Shown: positions 54,254-63,003, counted from the stretch's first letter. The stretch is 64,000 nt of DNA from Elusimicrobiota bacterium (GCA_009773155.1 WOVA01000016.1:25507-89506), one strand, 5' to 3'. Notes: generated by a model not told the origin, from the sequence alone. Numbers and translations: made by a program.

Positions 54254-55612
54254 TCAGAACTTGACGTTGAACGCCGCGCCCAGCACGGAGGTCGCATCAT
54301 CTCTCGCGATGGTGGAGTTCCTCGTCGCGAAGTCATCATCGGGCATGAACGTGGCGTAGTACGCTTTCACGCCGACATCCTCGCTGTGCTGCCAGTTGGC
54401 GCACAGATTGAACTCGGAGCCGTAGGCATCATAGGCCTTCGCGGTGCCGAGGAGCTTCTTGGTAGGCGAGAAGCTGAAGAGCTTGGCCTTGAGGGTCAGC
54501 TTCTCCATCGCTTCGGGGTTCCATTTAGCGCCGATATTCCAGGTCTTCAGGTTGGCGATGCCTTCCCCGCCGACGGGGAGGTGGCCGCCGCCCCAGATGA
54601 TGCCGGGGCGATAGTCGCCGTTGATGCTCTGGAACGACTTGACCTCATTGTCGGTGGTGATGGTGTCGCCGGTGCCGCGGGCGAATTCGCCATTGAAAGC
54701 CAGCTTGCCTATGACGTCCATCTCATAGCCGGCGTTGAACTTCATCCCCCTGCCGGTAAAGTCGCCCTTGGTGGCGATGCCGGTCATAAGGCCCGCATCG
54801 GAGACGTTCTCGTTATAGGTGCCCACGTTTTTGGCGAGTTCAACCCCGTAGGTGAAGCCGTAGAACTTAGCGTTGACCTTGGCACCGATAACGCCGAGCG
54901 TGGTGTCGGGCCCGGCGGCAACGCCGGACTGCCTGTCCTGGCGGTAGTGGTAGCCGCCCAGCTTTATGTCGTCAGCCAGGTCATAGCCGGCGACGACGCC
55001 CCAGATATGCGTATCAGTGTCAGCCGCGGCCTGCCCTTGAGCGGCCCTAAACATCAGGGCGTGCAGGTTCAGCTTGTCGGCCTTATACCAGCCGGTCCAG
55101 CCGTCCGTGGCGGCAACGCTGAGCTGGTTGGTCTGCGCGATGTGGTCCACTTTGTAGGGCCAGCTCTGAGGGCCGTAATAGACGACCAGGTCGCCCTCAT
55201 TGCCGTAGTACTGGCGGCCGAGCTTGTGGTCCATGCCGAACACTCCCTTGAGGTTCATATAGGCCTGCTCAACCACGAGCTGACCAAGAATACCGGTCGA
55301 GCCCGCGGTCGGGGGGACCGGATTGGATTCTATATTGCCAATCCTTTCATTCCCGGCACCGTACTGGCGGTTATTTTTGACCAGGGACACGACTGCGTCC
55401 ACATCGTCATTGAGGTCGAAGCCCATGTTCACCTGAACGCGGACGTCCGTGTCGTTCCGCTTGTCATTGACGGTCTTGTTGAAGTCGGTGTTGCGCTTCT
55501 GCCAGCTATTGACCTCCACCTTACCGTCGTACTTGAAGTTCTTGAGCAGCTCGGCGCCGGCGATGTTGCCAGTAAGCGCGATCAGCGCAAGTATCGCTAT
55601 CAGTTTTTTCAT
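54254..55612 (-). CDS. Outer-membrane porin-like beta-barrel protein
   Basis: Signal peptide MKKLIAILALIALTGNIAGA, Gly/Tyr/Asp-rich strand pattern, and a C-terminal ...AAFNVKF. Confidence 0.8.
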   Translation of the reverse strand: MKKLIAILALIALTGNIAGAELLKNFKYDGKVEVNSWQKRNTDFNKTVNDKRNDTDVRVQVNMGFDLNDDVDAVVSLVKNNRQYGAGNERIGNIESNPVPPTAGSTGILGQLVVEQAYMNLKGVFGMDHKLGRQYYGNEGDLVVYYGPQSWPYKVDHIAQTNQLSVAATDGWTGWYKADKLNLHALMFRAAQGQAAADTDTHIWGVVAGYDLADDIKLGGYHYRQDRQSGVAAGPDTTLGVIGAKVNAKFYGFTYGVELAKNVGTYNENVSDAGLMTGIATKGDFTGRGMKFNAGYEMDVIGKLAFNGEFARGTGDTITTDNEVKSFQSINGDYRPGIIWGGGHLPVGGEGIANLKTWNIGAKWNPEAMEKLTLKAKLFSFSPTKKLLGTAKAYDAYGSEFNLCANWQHSEDVGVKAYYATFMPDDDFATRNSTIARDDATSVLGAAFNVKF

Positions 55613-55968
55613 TTACTCTCCTCCTGTCTTGTCGTAAGCCCCCGTTTCCGGGGCCTTCTCAATGCCTGTGCCCCTTTTGGGGGCCTACGGCCTTGTGAGT
55701 TCGGTCAGAAGCCTGCTTTCGGGCTGCAATCGCGGCTTTCGGCCTGCGGCTTCGTCGCTCGTCGCTTACATACCCTTGCGGTGTATGCTCGCTCCTCGCT
55801 TCTCGCCTCGGCTCGAAATCCACGATTTCGCTTCCGAGTGCGGCTTCCGACAGAACTCCTAGGAGAAGCGCCTTAAATCTGGCGCTCCGCTCCCCCCCAA
55901 TTACTCCCCGGGGCTGGCGGACCCTCCTGTACTGCGAGTGGAAGGCCTCCTTTACAGAGCATGGTAAT

Positions 55969-55995
55969 ACTATAAAAAACCCAAAACCCTGTCAA
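55969..55995 (-). promoter_or_regulatory. Possible sigma-70 promoter about 350 nt upstream of the porin start
   Basis: The minus strand reads TTGACA, a 15-nt spacer, then TATAGT. The spacer is short, so confidence is low. Confidence 0.3.
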
Positions 55996-56076
55996 GTATA
56001 TGTTCAGTACTTTCAGTACATATGACTTATATGTCCCATTATGCCAAAGAGTGGCGAGCCGCCCGGAGCCGGCGGC

Positions 56077-56108
56077 AATAAAAAAGCCCGGCCGGGGGCC
56101 GGGCTTTT
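56077..56108. terminator. Rho-independent terminator after the TPR/YfgM-like gene (bidirectional shape)
   Basis: aataaaaaa-gcccggcc-ggg-ggccgggc-tttt. Confidence 0.75.
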
Positions 56109-56127
56109 CGGAGGCGCGGGGGCCTTG

Positions 56128-56796
56128 TTACCTGGGCTGGGCGGGAGCGGCCTGGCCGGTCTTCTGCTTGGCGGCCTCGGACCAGGAGGTCTCGGGGTAG
56201 AGTATGGCGATCTTTTCGTAGGTGGACCTGGCTCCTTCCCTATCGCCCAGCTTTTCCTGCACCGCGGCCAGCGAGAAGTGGACTTCGGGCGCCAGCATGT
56301 GGTCGGAATATTTGGCCAGGAAGTCGCGGTAGTCGGCGGCGGCCTCGGCGGTTAGCGCCAGGGCCTCGCGGCTCTTGCCGGCGTTGTAGATGGCGAAGGG
56401 GCGCATGTAGGCGGGGCCGTTGACGAGCTTCTTGTACTCCTCCAGCGCCTCCTTGTACTTCTCCTGGCGGAAGAGGATGTCGCCCTTGCTCATCACGGCG
56501 TAAGGCGCGGCGTCGGAGCGGGCGAAGCCGGCGGCGACTTCGTCGAGCTTCTTTTCGGACTCGGCGTAGGCGCCGGAAAAGCCCGTCTGCTGCGCGATGA
56601 AGAGCTGCTTCCAGGCGGTGTCGTTGATCTGGCTGTAGTGCAGGTAGAACCAGGCGCCCAGTATCGCGGCGGCGATCAGCACCACCGAGCCCGCGACGAC
56701 GGCCTCGCGCTTTTCCTTTACGAAGGTCACGACCTGGTCGGTCCTGCTGACTCTTATCTGGGGCTCGCCGCTGGAGATCCAAGTGGATGAAGGCAT
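56128..56796 (-). CDS. Membrane-anchored TPR-like protein (YfgM/UPF0070-like)
   Basis: N-terminal TM (VVAGSVVLIAAAILGAWFYL) followed by TPR-like helices. Confidence 0.6.
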   Translation of the reverse strand: MPSSTWISSGEPQIRVSRTDQVVTFVKEKREAVVAGSVVLIAAAILGAWFYLHYSQINDTAWKQLFIAQQTGFSGAYAESEKKLDEVAAGFARSDAAPYAVMSKGDILFRQEKYKEALEEYKKLVNGPAYMRPFAIYNAGKSREALALTAEAAADYRDFLAKYSDHMLAPEVHFSLAAVQEKLGDREGARSTYEKIAILYPETSWSEAAKQKTGQAAPAQPR

Positions 56797-56822
56797 AATT
56801 CTCCGTTTTACCGGTTGAAAAC

Positions 56823-56897
56823 TGGTGCCCCCGAGAGGAATCGAACCTCTATTTGGAGTTTAGGAAACTCTCGTCCTATCCGTTGAACGACGGGGGC
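56823..56897 (-). tRNA. tRNA-Arg (anticodon CCT), CCA encoded
   Basis: Hand fold: GCCCCCG...AGAGT-TTCCTAA-ACTCC...AGAGG-TTCGATT-CCTCT-CGGGGGC-ACCA, with one A-C mismatch at the top of the anticodon stem. Confidence 0.88.
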
Positions 56898-56907
56898 GGC
56901 TAACGCG

Positions 56908-57444
56908 CTAATATTTTATCAAAGATTCGACGGGGTAGCCAGAGAGCTTGCCGCGGCCGTTGAGGAAGCCCAGTTCTATGAGCATGGCCACCGCCTCCAC
57001 TTTGCCGCCGAGCTTCTCCACCAGGCCGCAGACTCCCCTGGCCGTGCCGCCGGTGGCCAGCACGTCGTCGACGACTAGTATCCGCTCGCCCGGGTTTATC
57101 GCGTCCTCGTGGATCTGCAGCGTGTCCTGGCCGTATTCCAGGTCGTAGGTCACCGAGACGGTCTTATAGGGCAGCTTGCCCTTCTTGCGCACGGGCGTGA
57201 ACCCCGCGCCCAGCGCCAGCGCCACGGGCGCCGCGAAGATGAAGCCGCGGGCCTCCATGCCGATGACCTTGGTTATCCCTTTCCCTTTATACGGCTCGGC
57301 CAGCAGCTTGATGGCCCGGGCGAAGAGCGCCGGGTCGTTGAGCAGCGGGGTGATGTCCTTGAACATGATGCCGGGCTTGGGGAAGTCCGGCACGTCGCGG
57401 ATGGCGGCTTTTATCGACTCGATCGCTTCCGTCGTCGCGTTCAT
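56908..57444 (-). CDS. apt: Adenine phosphoribosyltransferase
   Basis: DFPKPGIMFKDITPLL and the PRPP motif ILVVDDVLATGGTA. Only the last 178 codons of ORF 56908..58029 belong to this gene. Confidence 0.95.
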   Translation of the reverse strand: MNATTEAIESIKAAIRDVPDFPKPGIMFKDITPLLNDPALFARAIKLLAEPYKGKGITKVIGMEARGFIFAAPVALALGAGFTPVRKKGKLPYKTVSVTYDLEYGQDTLQIHEDAINPGERILVVDDVLATGGTARGVCGLVEKLGGKVEAVAMLIELGFLNGRGKLSGYPVESLIKY

Positions 57445-58544
57445 TATTTCTTCCCCTTTTCCTGCTTGCGCGGCACATAGGGCTTGGTGGGTATGGCGTC
57501 GCCCAGCAGGTCGGTCTTCTGCTTGGGCTGGTTCCAGCCGGGCTGTATGTTGGTGGGCCCGCCCTTGTTGGACATCTCGATGAGGCCCATGCGGGCCGCC
57601 ACGCGGCGCAGGCGCAGCAGCGCGCGCTCCTCTATCTGGCGCACGCGCTCGCGCGAGAGGCTCAGCTTCTGGCCTATCTCGTTGAGCGTCATCGCGGTCT
57701 GGCCGGTGAGGCCGTAGCGCAGTTCCACTATCATGCGCTCGCGCTCGCCTATCTCCACCAGCGCGTCTTTGAGCTCGTCGTGGAGGCGCAGTATGGAGAT
57801 GAGGTTGTCGGGCGTGCCGGCGTTGTGGTCCTGCAGCGTGTCGCCGACCGTGTCGGAGCCGTCGTCGTGGCCCAGCGGGGTCTCGATGGACGAGAGGCCG
57901 GTCATGACCTCGGAGGCGTTGAGGGCGGTGCGCACCTGGTTGGCGGTCCAGTGCATCTGCTTGGCCATCTCGGCCAGTGTCGGATCGCGGCCCAGCTTGC
58001 CGTGCATGCAGTCCCACTGCTTGAGCCACTTGCGCAGCGCGGTCCAGGCGTGCGGCGGGACGCGTATGGTGCGCGAGGTCTCCTCGACGGAGCGGCGGAC
58101 GTACTGCTCCACCCAGTACGAGGCGTAGGTGGAGAAGCGGTAGCCTTTGCGGATATCGAACTTGTCGATGGCGTGGAGCAGGCCGAGGTTGCCCTCTTCG
58201 ACCAGGTCCATCAGGTCGGCGCCGGGGTAAAGGAAGCGCTTGGCTATGGGGATGACCAGCTTGAGGTTGAGCTCCAGCAGGCGCTGCTTGGCGCGGCGGT
58301 CGCCGCGCTTGACGCGCTTCCAGAGGTCGTGCGTCTCTTCGCGCGAGATCTTGTGGTCGATGGTGCTGATCTTGCGGATGTACTGGTTGGTGGAATCTAT
58401 GTTGATGGCGCTGAGCTTTTCCTTGGGGATGCCCTTCTTCTCTTCGCCCTCGGGCGCGCCGGGTTCCTTCTCTTCGGAGGCGGTCTCTTCTTTCTCCTCT
58501 CTTTCCTCTTCTTTCTCTTCCTGCTTGTCGTCTTTAACGTGCAT
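57444..58544 (-). CDS. RNA polymerase sigma factor, sigma-70 family (RpoD/RpoS-like)
   Basis: Region 2 (DLVEEGNLGLLHAIDKFD...GYRFSTYASYWVEQ), region 3, and region 4.2 (LTLNEIGQKLSLSRERVRQIEERAL). The N-terminus is acidic. Confidence 0.9.
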   Translation of the reverse strand: MHVKDDKQEEKEEEREEKEETASEEKEPGAPEGEEKKGIPKEKLSAINIDSTNQYIRKISTIDHKISREETHDLWKRVKRGDRRAKQRLLELNLKLVIPIAKRFLYPGADLMDLVEEGNLGLLHAIDKFDIRKGYRFSTYASYWVEQYVRRSVEETSRTIRVPPHAWTALRKWLKQWDCMHGKLGRDPTLAEMAKQMHWTANQVRTALNASEVMTGLSSIETPLGHDDGSDTVGDTLQDHNAGTPDNLISILRLHDELKDALVEIGERERMIVELRYGLTGQTAMTLNEIGQKLSLSRERVRQIEERALLRLRRVAARMGLIEMSNKGGPTNIQPGWNQPKQKTDLLGDAIPTKPYVPRKQEKGKK

Positions 58545-58559
58545 GTTGCGTGGACCTCT

Positions 58560-58829
58560 TTACTTGATCTCGAAATTGTCGCCGCCCGTCCGCGTCTCCG
58601 GCACTTCGTGCTGGGCGAGCCCCGTGACCCTGGCCCAGTCGTGGCCGCCCTTTATCTCCGCCAGCAGCCGCTCCAGCTTGTCGGCGGGGCCCTGCGCCTC
58701 GCCCTCCACGTCGCCGCCGGGCAGATTGCGCACCCAGCCCGAGAGCTTCAATTCCAGCGCCGAGTCGCGCACGAACCACCGGAAGCCGACTCCCTGCACC
58801 CTGCCGCTGGCTTTGAAATATACGCGCAT
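58560..58829 (-). CDS. acyP: Acylphosphatase
   Basis: MRVYFKASGRVQGVGFRWFV...GWVRN signature. Start at 58829. Confidence 0.85.
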   Translation of the reverse strand: MRVYFKASGRVQGVGFRWFVRDSALELKLSGWVRNLPGGDVEGEAQGPADKLERLLAEIKGGHDWARVTGLAQHEVPETRTGGDNFEIK

Positions 58830-58908
58830 CTTTACCGGGGAAATAATACTAAAAACAGCCCTTGCGGGCAAGGGCTATTGACAAGGCAATGGGGGAGGAA
58901 ATCAGCGA

Positions 58909-58982
58909 TCGGGGCGGTGAGATTTGAACTCACGATCTCTCGCACCCGAAGCGAGCGCTCTAGCCAGCTGAGCCACGCCCCG
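58909..58982 (-). tRNA. tRNA-Pro (anticodon CGG)
   Basis: Hand fold: CGGGGCG-TG-GCTC-AGCTGGCTA-GAGC-G-CTCGC-TTCGGGT-GCGAG-AGATC-GTGAG-TTCAAAT-CTCAC-CGCCCCG-A. Confidence 0.9.
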
Positions 58983-58996
58983 ATCGTGGAATTATT

Positions 58997-60145
58997 TTAG
59001 CATGTTTTCCGGCCCTTTTCCAAAGAGGGCCGGTAGAGCTCTTCCAGTACGCGGGCGGCTATATCGCGCGCGGCGCGGGGGCGGGAGTGGGCGGTCATCG
59101 CTTTCTTCATGGGGTCGAGCATGGCCGGGTCGCCGGCGGCTTTTTTTACCAGCTGCGCCAGGCCGGCGGCGGTGTCGGCTTTGAGCGCCAGCTGGCGGCG
59201 GGCCAGGAAGTCGGCGTTGCGCTCCTCCTGGCCGGGCAGCGGGGCGAAGATGAACAGCGGCTTTATCAGCGCCAGCGACTCGGCGGCCGTTACGCCGCCG
59301 GGTTTTCCCGCCACTATGTCGGCGGCGGCCAGGTGAGGCGAGGTGTCGCGGCAGTAATTGAAGACGCGCGCGTGCCGCTTCCCCCCCAGGAATTTTTCCA
59401 GCCGCGCGGCGAGGCGGCGGTTCTCGCCGCAGAGCACCAGCAGCTGTATCCTGCCCAGCAGCGGCCTGAGCGCGGCGGCCGCCTCTTCCAGCTCGCCCAG
59501 GCCCTTGCTGCCGCCGGCCAGCAGGACGGTGAAGAGGCGCGGGTCCAGGCCCAGCGAGAGGCGCTCGGCCTCGCGGCTGCGCGGCGCGGCGAAGCCCCTG
59601 CGCACGGGTATGCCGCAGGGGAAGATCTTTTCCGCGGGGGCGCCGTTCTTTTTGAGGTCGTCGGCGCCGGCGCGGTCGTGGGTGAACCAGGCCTTCACCC
59701 CTTTGCCGGGCCAGTAGGAGTGGGCGCGGAAATCGGTGATGACGGCGAAGACCGGGCCGTTGAGCGTGAGGCCGCCGTCGCCGGAGAGCATCTGGCAGGC
59801 CAGGGCGTGGGTAGAGATGACGGCTTTGACGCCCTTGCGGTGCAGGTACGACGAGAGCCGGCGAGTGTAATAAGGAAGCACCGCGCCGCGTATGCTTTTG
59901 GCCGCCATCGAGAGCAGGCTGTTGTCGTAGGCGCAGGACCAGAGGGCCGGCGTTTTCCTGAGCATCTGCAGGTAGGCGCGCGCGACGAAAGGTCCGAAGG
60001 ACGGGAACACCGCAGAGAGATTTACATGGACGGGCTCTACCAGCTCGGGCGGCAGCTCCTCGGCTATGGCCTGCGCGGCCGAGGAATGGCCTGACGGCTC
60101 ATAGCCGTAGATGAGGGCCGCTTTGAGCGGGCGGTGGCGGGGCAT
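58997..60145 (-). CDS. MGDG-synthase/GT28-like glycosyltransferase (diacylglycerol glycosyltransferase-like)
   Basis: The N-terminal GYEPSGHSSAAQAI resembles the MGDG_synth domain start. The C-terminal GT-B half has GKPGGVTAAESLA. Confidence 0.75.
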   Translation of the reverse strand: MPRHRPLKAALIYGYEPSGHSSAAQAIAEELPPELVEPVHVNLSAVFPSFGPFVARAYLQMLRKTPALWSCAYDNSLLSMAAKSIRGAVLPYYTRRLSSYLHRKGVKAVISTHALACQMLSGDGGLTLNGPVFAVITDFRAHSYWPGKGVKAWFTHDRAGADDLKKNGAPAEKIFPCGIPVRRGFAAPRSREAERLSLGLDPRLFTVLLAGGSKGLGELEEAAAALRPLLGRIQLLVLCGENRRLAARLEKFLGGKRHARVFNYCRDTSPHLAAADIVAGKPGGVTAAESLALIKPLFIFAPLPGQEERNADFLARRQLALKADTAAGLAQLVKKAAGDPAMLDPMKKAMTAHSRPRAARDIAARVLEELYRPSLEKGRKTC

Positions 60146-60160
60146 GGGCTAATTTATACA

Positions 60161-60198
60161 AAATAAAAGCGCCGGCGGGCATCATTTCCCGCCGGCGC
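60161..60198 (-). terminator. Rho-independent terminator after ahpC
   Basis: The minus strand reads gcgccggcggg-aaatgatg-cccgccggcgc followed by TTTTAT. Confidence 0.75.
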
Positions 60199-60213
60199 AG
60201 GGGAGGAATCGGC

Positions 60214-60825
60214 TTATTTCAGTTCTTCGTGCACCTTGCCCACCAGCTTCTCGGAGGGCTTGAGCGTCCGCTCGCCGGGCTTCCACTTGGCGGGGCAGAC
60301 CTCCTGCGGATTCTTATAGACATGGGCGAAGGCCTTCATCTTTCTGACCAGCTCGTCCATATCGCGGCCGACATTGCTGAAGTTGACCTCGGAGCCCACC
60401 AGGACGCCCTCGGGGTTTATGATGAAGGTGCCGCGGTAGGCCAGGCCGCTCTTGTAGTCGTATGTGCCAAGCGCCTTCGCCAGCGTGCCTTTCACGTCGG
60501 AGCCCATGGGGTACTTCACGTCCTTGAGCAGGCGCTCCTGTCCCTGCCAGCCCATGTGGGTGAACTTGGTGTCGATGCTGACCGAGACCACCTCGGCGCC
60601 CAGGCCGGCGAGCTCCCGGTGCTTGCAGGCCAGGTCGGCCAGCTCCGTAGGGCAGACGAAGGTGAAGTCGGCGGGGTAGAAGACCAGCACGGTCCAGCGC
60701 TTGTCCTTGACCGCGTCGGCCAGGCGGAAATGGCCGAACTTCACGGCCGCCGGATCGAAGGTCTCAAGCTCGAAGTCGGGGACCCTGTCGCCTACGGTTA
60801 ACGCTTTTTCTTTTTCTTCGCACAT
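60214..60825 (-). CDS. ahpC: 2-Cys peroxiredoxin (AhpC/Prx1 family)
   Basis: FYPADFTFVCPTEL peroxidatic Cys motif and a C-terminal resolving Cys (EVCPAKW). Confidence 0.92.
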   Translation of the reverse strand: MCEEKEKALTVGDRVPDFELETFDPAAVKFGHFRLADAVKDKRWTVLVFYPADFTFVCPTELADLACKHRELAGLGAEVVSVSIDTKFTHMGWQGQERLLKDVKYPMGSDVKGTLAKALGTYDYKSGLAYRGTFIINPEGVLVGSEVNFSNVGRDMDELVRKMKAFAHVYKNPQEVCPAKWKPGERTLKPSEKLVGKVHEELK

Positions 60826-61280
60826 GGTTTTGTCCTCCTTCCGGACGCTTTGGACGTTTGGGATTTTTTGGCCGCGCAGCGGCGGCAGCAGCCGCGGAAA
60901 ACGGTTTCGGAGTGGACGGTGCGGAAGCCGCCGCAGCTCCGCGGCTCCGGCGGGCGCGGCGCGGGACGTTTGATGTCGGCCACTTCGCCGCAGGACAGAC
61001 AGAACAGGTGGGCGTGGACGCCCAGGTCGGGATCGAAGCGCAGCCTCTCCGGGTCGAACCGCAGCTCCGCCAGGCGGCCCAGCGCCACCAGCTTCTGGAG
61101 GTTGTTGTAGACCGTGGCCAGCGAGAGGCCGGGGAAGCGGCGCCTGAGCGCGGCGTGGAGGCGCTCGGCCGACGGGTGCGAGCGGTTCCCCTCCAGCAGG
61201 GCCTCCAGCGCGTCGCGCTGCGGCGTGCGGCGCGCGGCGTGGGCTTTGGCGGGTATCGCTGGTTTTGGACGGCTCTTCAT
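60798..61280 (-). CDS. perR: Fur-family regulator (PerR-like by context)
   Basis: Winged helix (HPSAERLHAALRRRFPGLSLATVYNNLQKL), CxxC pairs (CLSCG, CCRRC), and a position immediately upstream of ahpC. Confidence 0.8.
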   Translation of the reverse strand: MKSRPKPAIPAKAHAARRTPQRDALEALLEGNRSHPSAERLHAALRRRFPGLSLATVYNNLQKLVALGRLAELRFDPERLRFDPDLGVHAHLFCLSCGEVADIKRPAPRPPEPRSCGGFRTVHSETVFRGCCRRCAAKKSQTSKASGRRTKPCAKKKKKR

Positions 61281-61281
61281 G

Positions 61282-61352
61282 TTGACTTTTCCCGTAAGGT
61301 AAATTAGAATAATTATTGTTTAGTAAATGTTACTAAATTAGAATCATTATTT
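61282..61352 (+). promoter_or_regulatory. Tandem duplicated promoter/operator modules in the perR-copZ divergent spacer
   Basis: P1 is TTGACT-17-TAGAAT (61282-61310) and P2 is TTGTTT-17-TAGAAT (61316-61344). Each -10 is overlapped by a Fur/PerR-box-like 7-1-7 element: TTAGAATAATTATTG at 61304-61318 and TTAGAATCATTATTT at 61338-61352. Confidence 0.55.
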
Positions 61353-61366
61353 CAAGGATTCAAAAC

Positions 61367-61570
61367 ATGAAGACCGTGATCAAAATAAGCGGGATGACGT
61401 GCGGGGGCTGCGCCGCGGGCGCTAAAAAGGCGGCGGAGTCGGTGCCCGGCGTGAATTCGGCGGAGGTCAGTCTGGAGCGGGCGGAGGCGGAGCTGCGATA
61501 CGACGGCAAAGCGGAGACGCTGGAAGACGTGAAAAAGGCCCTGGGCCGCGCCGGCTTTACAGCCGGCTGA
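61367..61570 (+). CDS. copZ: Heavy-metal-associated (CopZ-like) metallochaperone
   Basis: GMTCGGC metal-binding motif in a 67-aa ferredoxin-like protein. Confidence 0.85.
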   Translation: MKTVIKISGMTCGGCAAGAKKAAESVPGVNSAEVSLERAEAELRYDGKAETLEDVKKALGRAGFTAG

Positions 61571-61602
61571 CCCAGGGCCTCGTCGGGCCCGTATCACGAA
61601 TT

Positions 61603-62844
61603 TCAGGCGGCGGGATTCTCCACGCGGCCGATGAACAGCACCAGGCCGGTCTTGTTCTCCAGTATCAGGAACAGGAAGGGCCGGTCGGCGCGGAATAATT
61701 CGAAATCCATCTGTATCGACTTCAGGCCCATGGCCACGCCGGTGGCGGCGGCGGCCTCGGTGCCCTCTTCGTTGACCTCCACGAAAGCCTGGTGGAAGGC
61801 CTTCTGTATGTAAAGGTCCTGGGTGCCGTCCATGCCGGAGAAATCCGCGGCGTCGGTGAAGGCGAGCTTCAGCCCCATGGCGGGCAGGCGCTCGGCCAGG
61901 CTGTACTTGGCGCTGAACTTGAACCTGGGCAGGAACGCTTTCACGTCGCGCAGGTCCATCGCCTCGCGCCAGTCGGCGAGCTTCTTCGCCGAGAGCACTT
62001 CTTCCACCTCGGCCAGGCTCTTTCCCTCGCGCGGCAGTACCGCCATCATCGACAGTGAGCCGCCGGCGTAAGGCAGGTCCACCACGGAGGCCAGGTCGTC
62101 GGCGGTGTAGAGGCGCTTCTTCTGGCCCGGGTGGGCCATCATCTTAACCTTCACCGGCTCCCCCGCCTTGACGAAGAAGTCGGCGTCGGAGGTCATGCCA
62201 GCCTCGAAAGGATGCTGCCAGGTGCCCTTGAAATAGACGGCGCTGGCCAGGACCAGGCGGGTCAGCGCGGTAAGCGACTTAGGCGGGAAGAGGTCCTTTA
62301 TCTTGCCTTCGGTCTTCTTCCCGGTCCAGTCGTTTATCTCCTTGCGGGCGGCCTCGGCGTCCTTGCTGAAGTCGACGACGGAGGACTGCGCGCCGTAGGA
62401 TTTCTTCAACTTGGAGAGATATTCAGCCTTGAACTTATAGCCGCGCTGCGGCCAGATGCTGTTGGCCAGCGTCAGTTTGGCCGTGCCCTTGCCGGCCTCC
62501 AGCGCCCCGGCCGCGGCCTCGAAGCTTTCCGCCAGGCCCTTGGCCGGGGCCGGGAAGCCGAAGACCTGCGTGAACTCGTCCGCGGTGGGGCCCTTGGCGC
62601 CCTCGCGGGTCATGGCGAAGGCGGAGGTGATGCTGTAGGGCGAGAAGAAGATATTGCCGTTCTCGGGCGCCAGCGAGCGGTAGAGCTTTATGGCGAAGTC
62701 GTTGTTATAGGGGGCCAGGGCCGGTACGGCCGGCGCGGCGGCCGCGGCGCCTGCCTTCTTATCCTCAGCCACCTTGCCCGCGCAGGCAAAAGCCGCAAAA
62801 ACCGTCAAAAAAACCACCGCCATCACTATCTTATTGCTGATCAT
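61603..62844 (-). CDS. Serpin-family protease inhibitor, secreted or lipoprotein
   Basis: FFSPYSITSAFAM start of the serpin core and the reactive-centre hinge EEGTEAAAATGV. Signal peptide MISNKIVMAVVFLTVFAAFACAG; start at 62844 is preferred. Confidence 0.9.
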   Translation of the reverse strand: MISNKIVMAVVFLTVFAAFACAGKVAEDKKAGAAAAAPAVPALAPYNNDFAIKLYRSLAPENGNIFFSPYSITSAFAMTREGAKGPTADEFTQVFGFPAPAKGLAESFEAAAGALEAGKGTAKLTLANSIWPQRGYKFKAEYLSKLKKSYGAQSSVVDFSKDAEAARKEINDWTGKKTEGKIKDLFPPKSLTALTRLVLASAVYFKGTWQHPFEAGMTSDADFFVKAGEPVKVKMMAHPGQKKRLYTADDLASVVDLPYAGGSLSMMAVLPREGKSLAEVEEVLSAKKLADWREAMDLRDVKAFLPRFKFSAKYSLAERLPAMGLKLAFTDAADFSGMDGTQDLYIQKAFHQAFVEVNEEGTEAAAATGVAMGLKSIQMDFELFRADRPFLFLILENKTGLVLFIGRVENPAA

Positions 62845-62862
62845 ATTAGTCCTTTCCTTTTC

Positions 62863-62953
62863 AATTGGGGACACAATACCTATTTCCCCGCTATTTTTTT
62901 ATGCCTATGCTGTAAGCGTTTTTATGCCTGAAATAGGTATTGTGTCCCCAATT
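62863..62953. repeat. Long inverted repeat (24-bp perfect arms, 43-nt loop) with GGGGAC...GTCCCC core
   Basis: aattggggacacaatacctatttc ... gaaataggtattgtgtccccaatt. The loop carries aggcataaaaa twice. It lies between tRNA-Pro(GGG) and the serpin start. Confidence 0.85.
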
Positions 62954-63003
62954 GGCTCCCAATTGCTCCCCTGTCACTATACAAAAAAGTTCGACCTTCC
63001 TCA

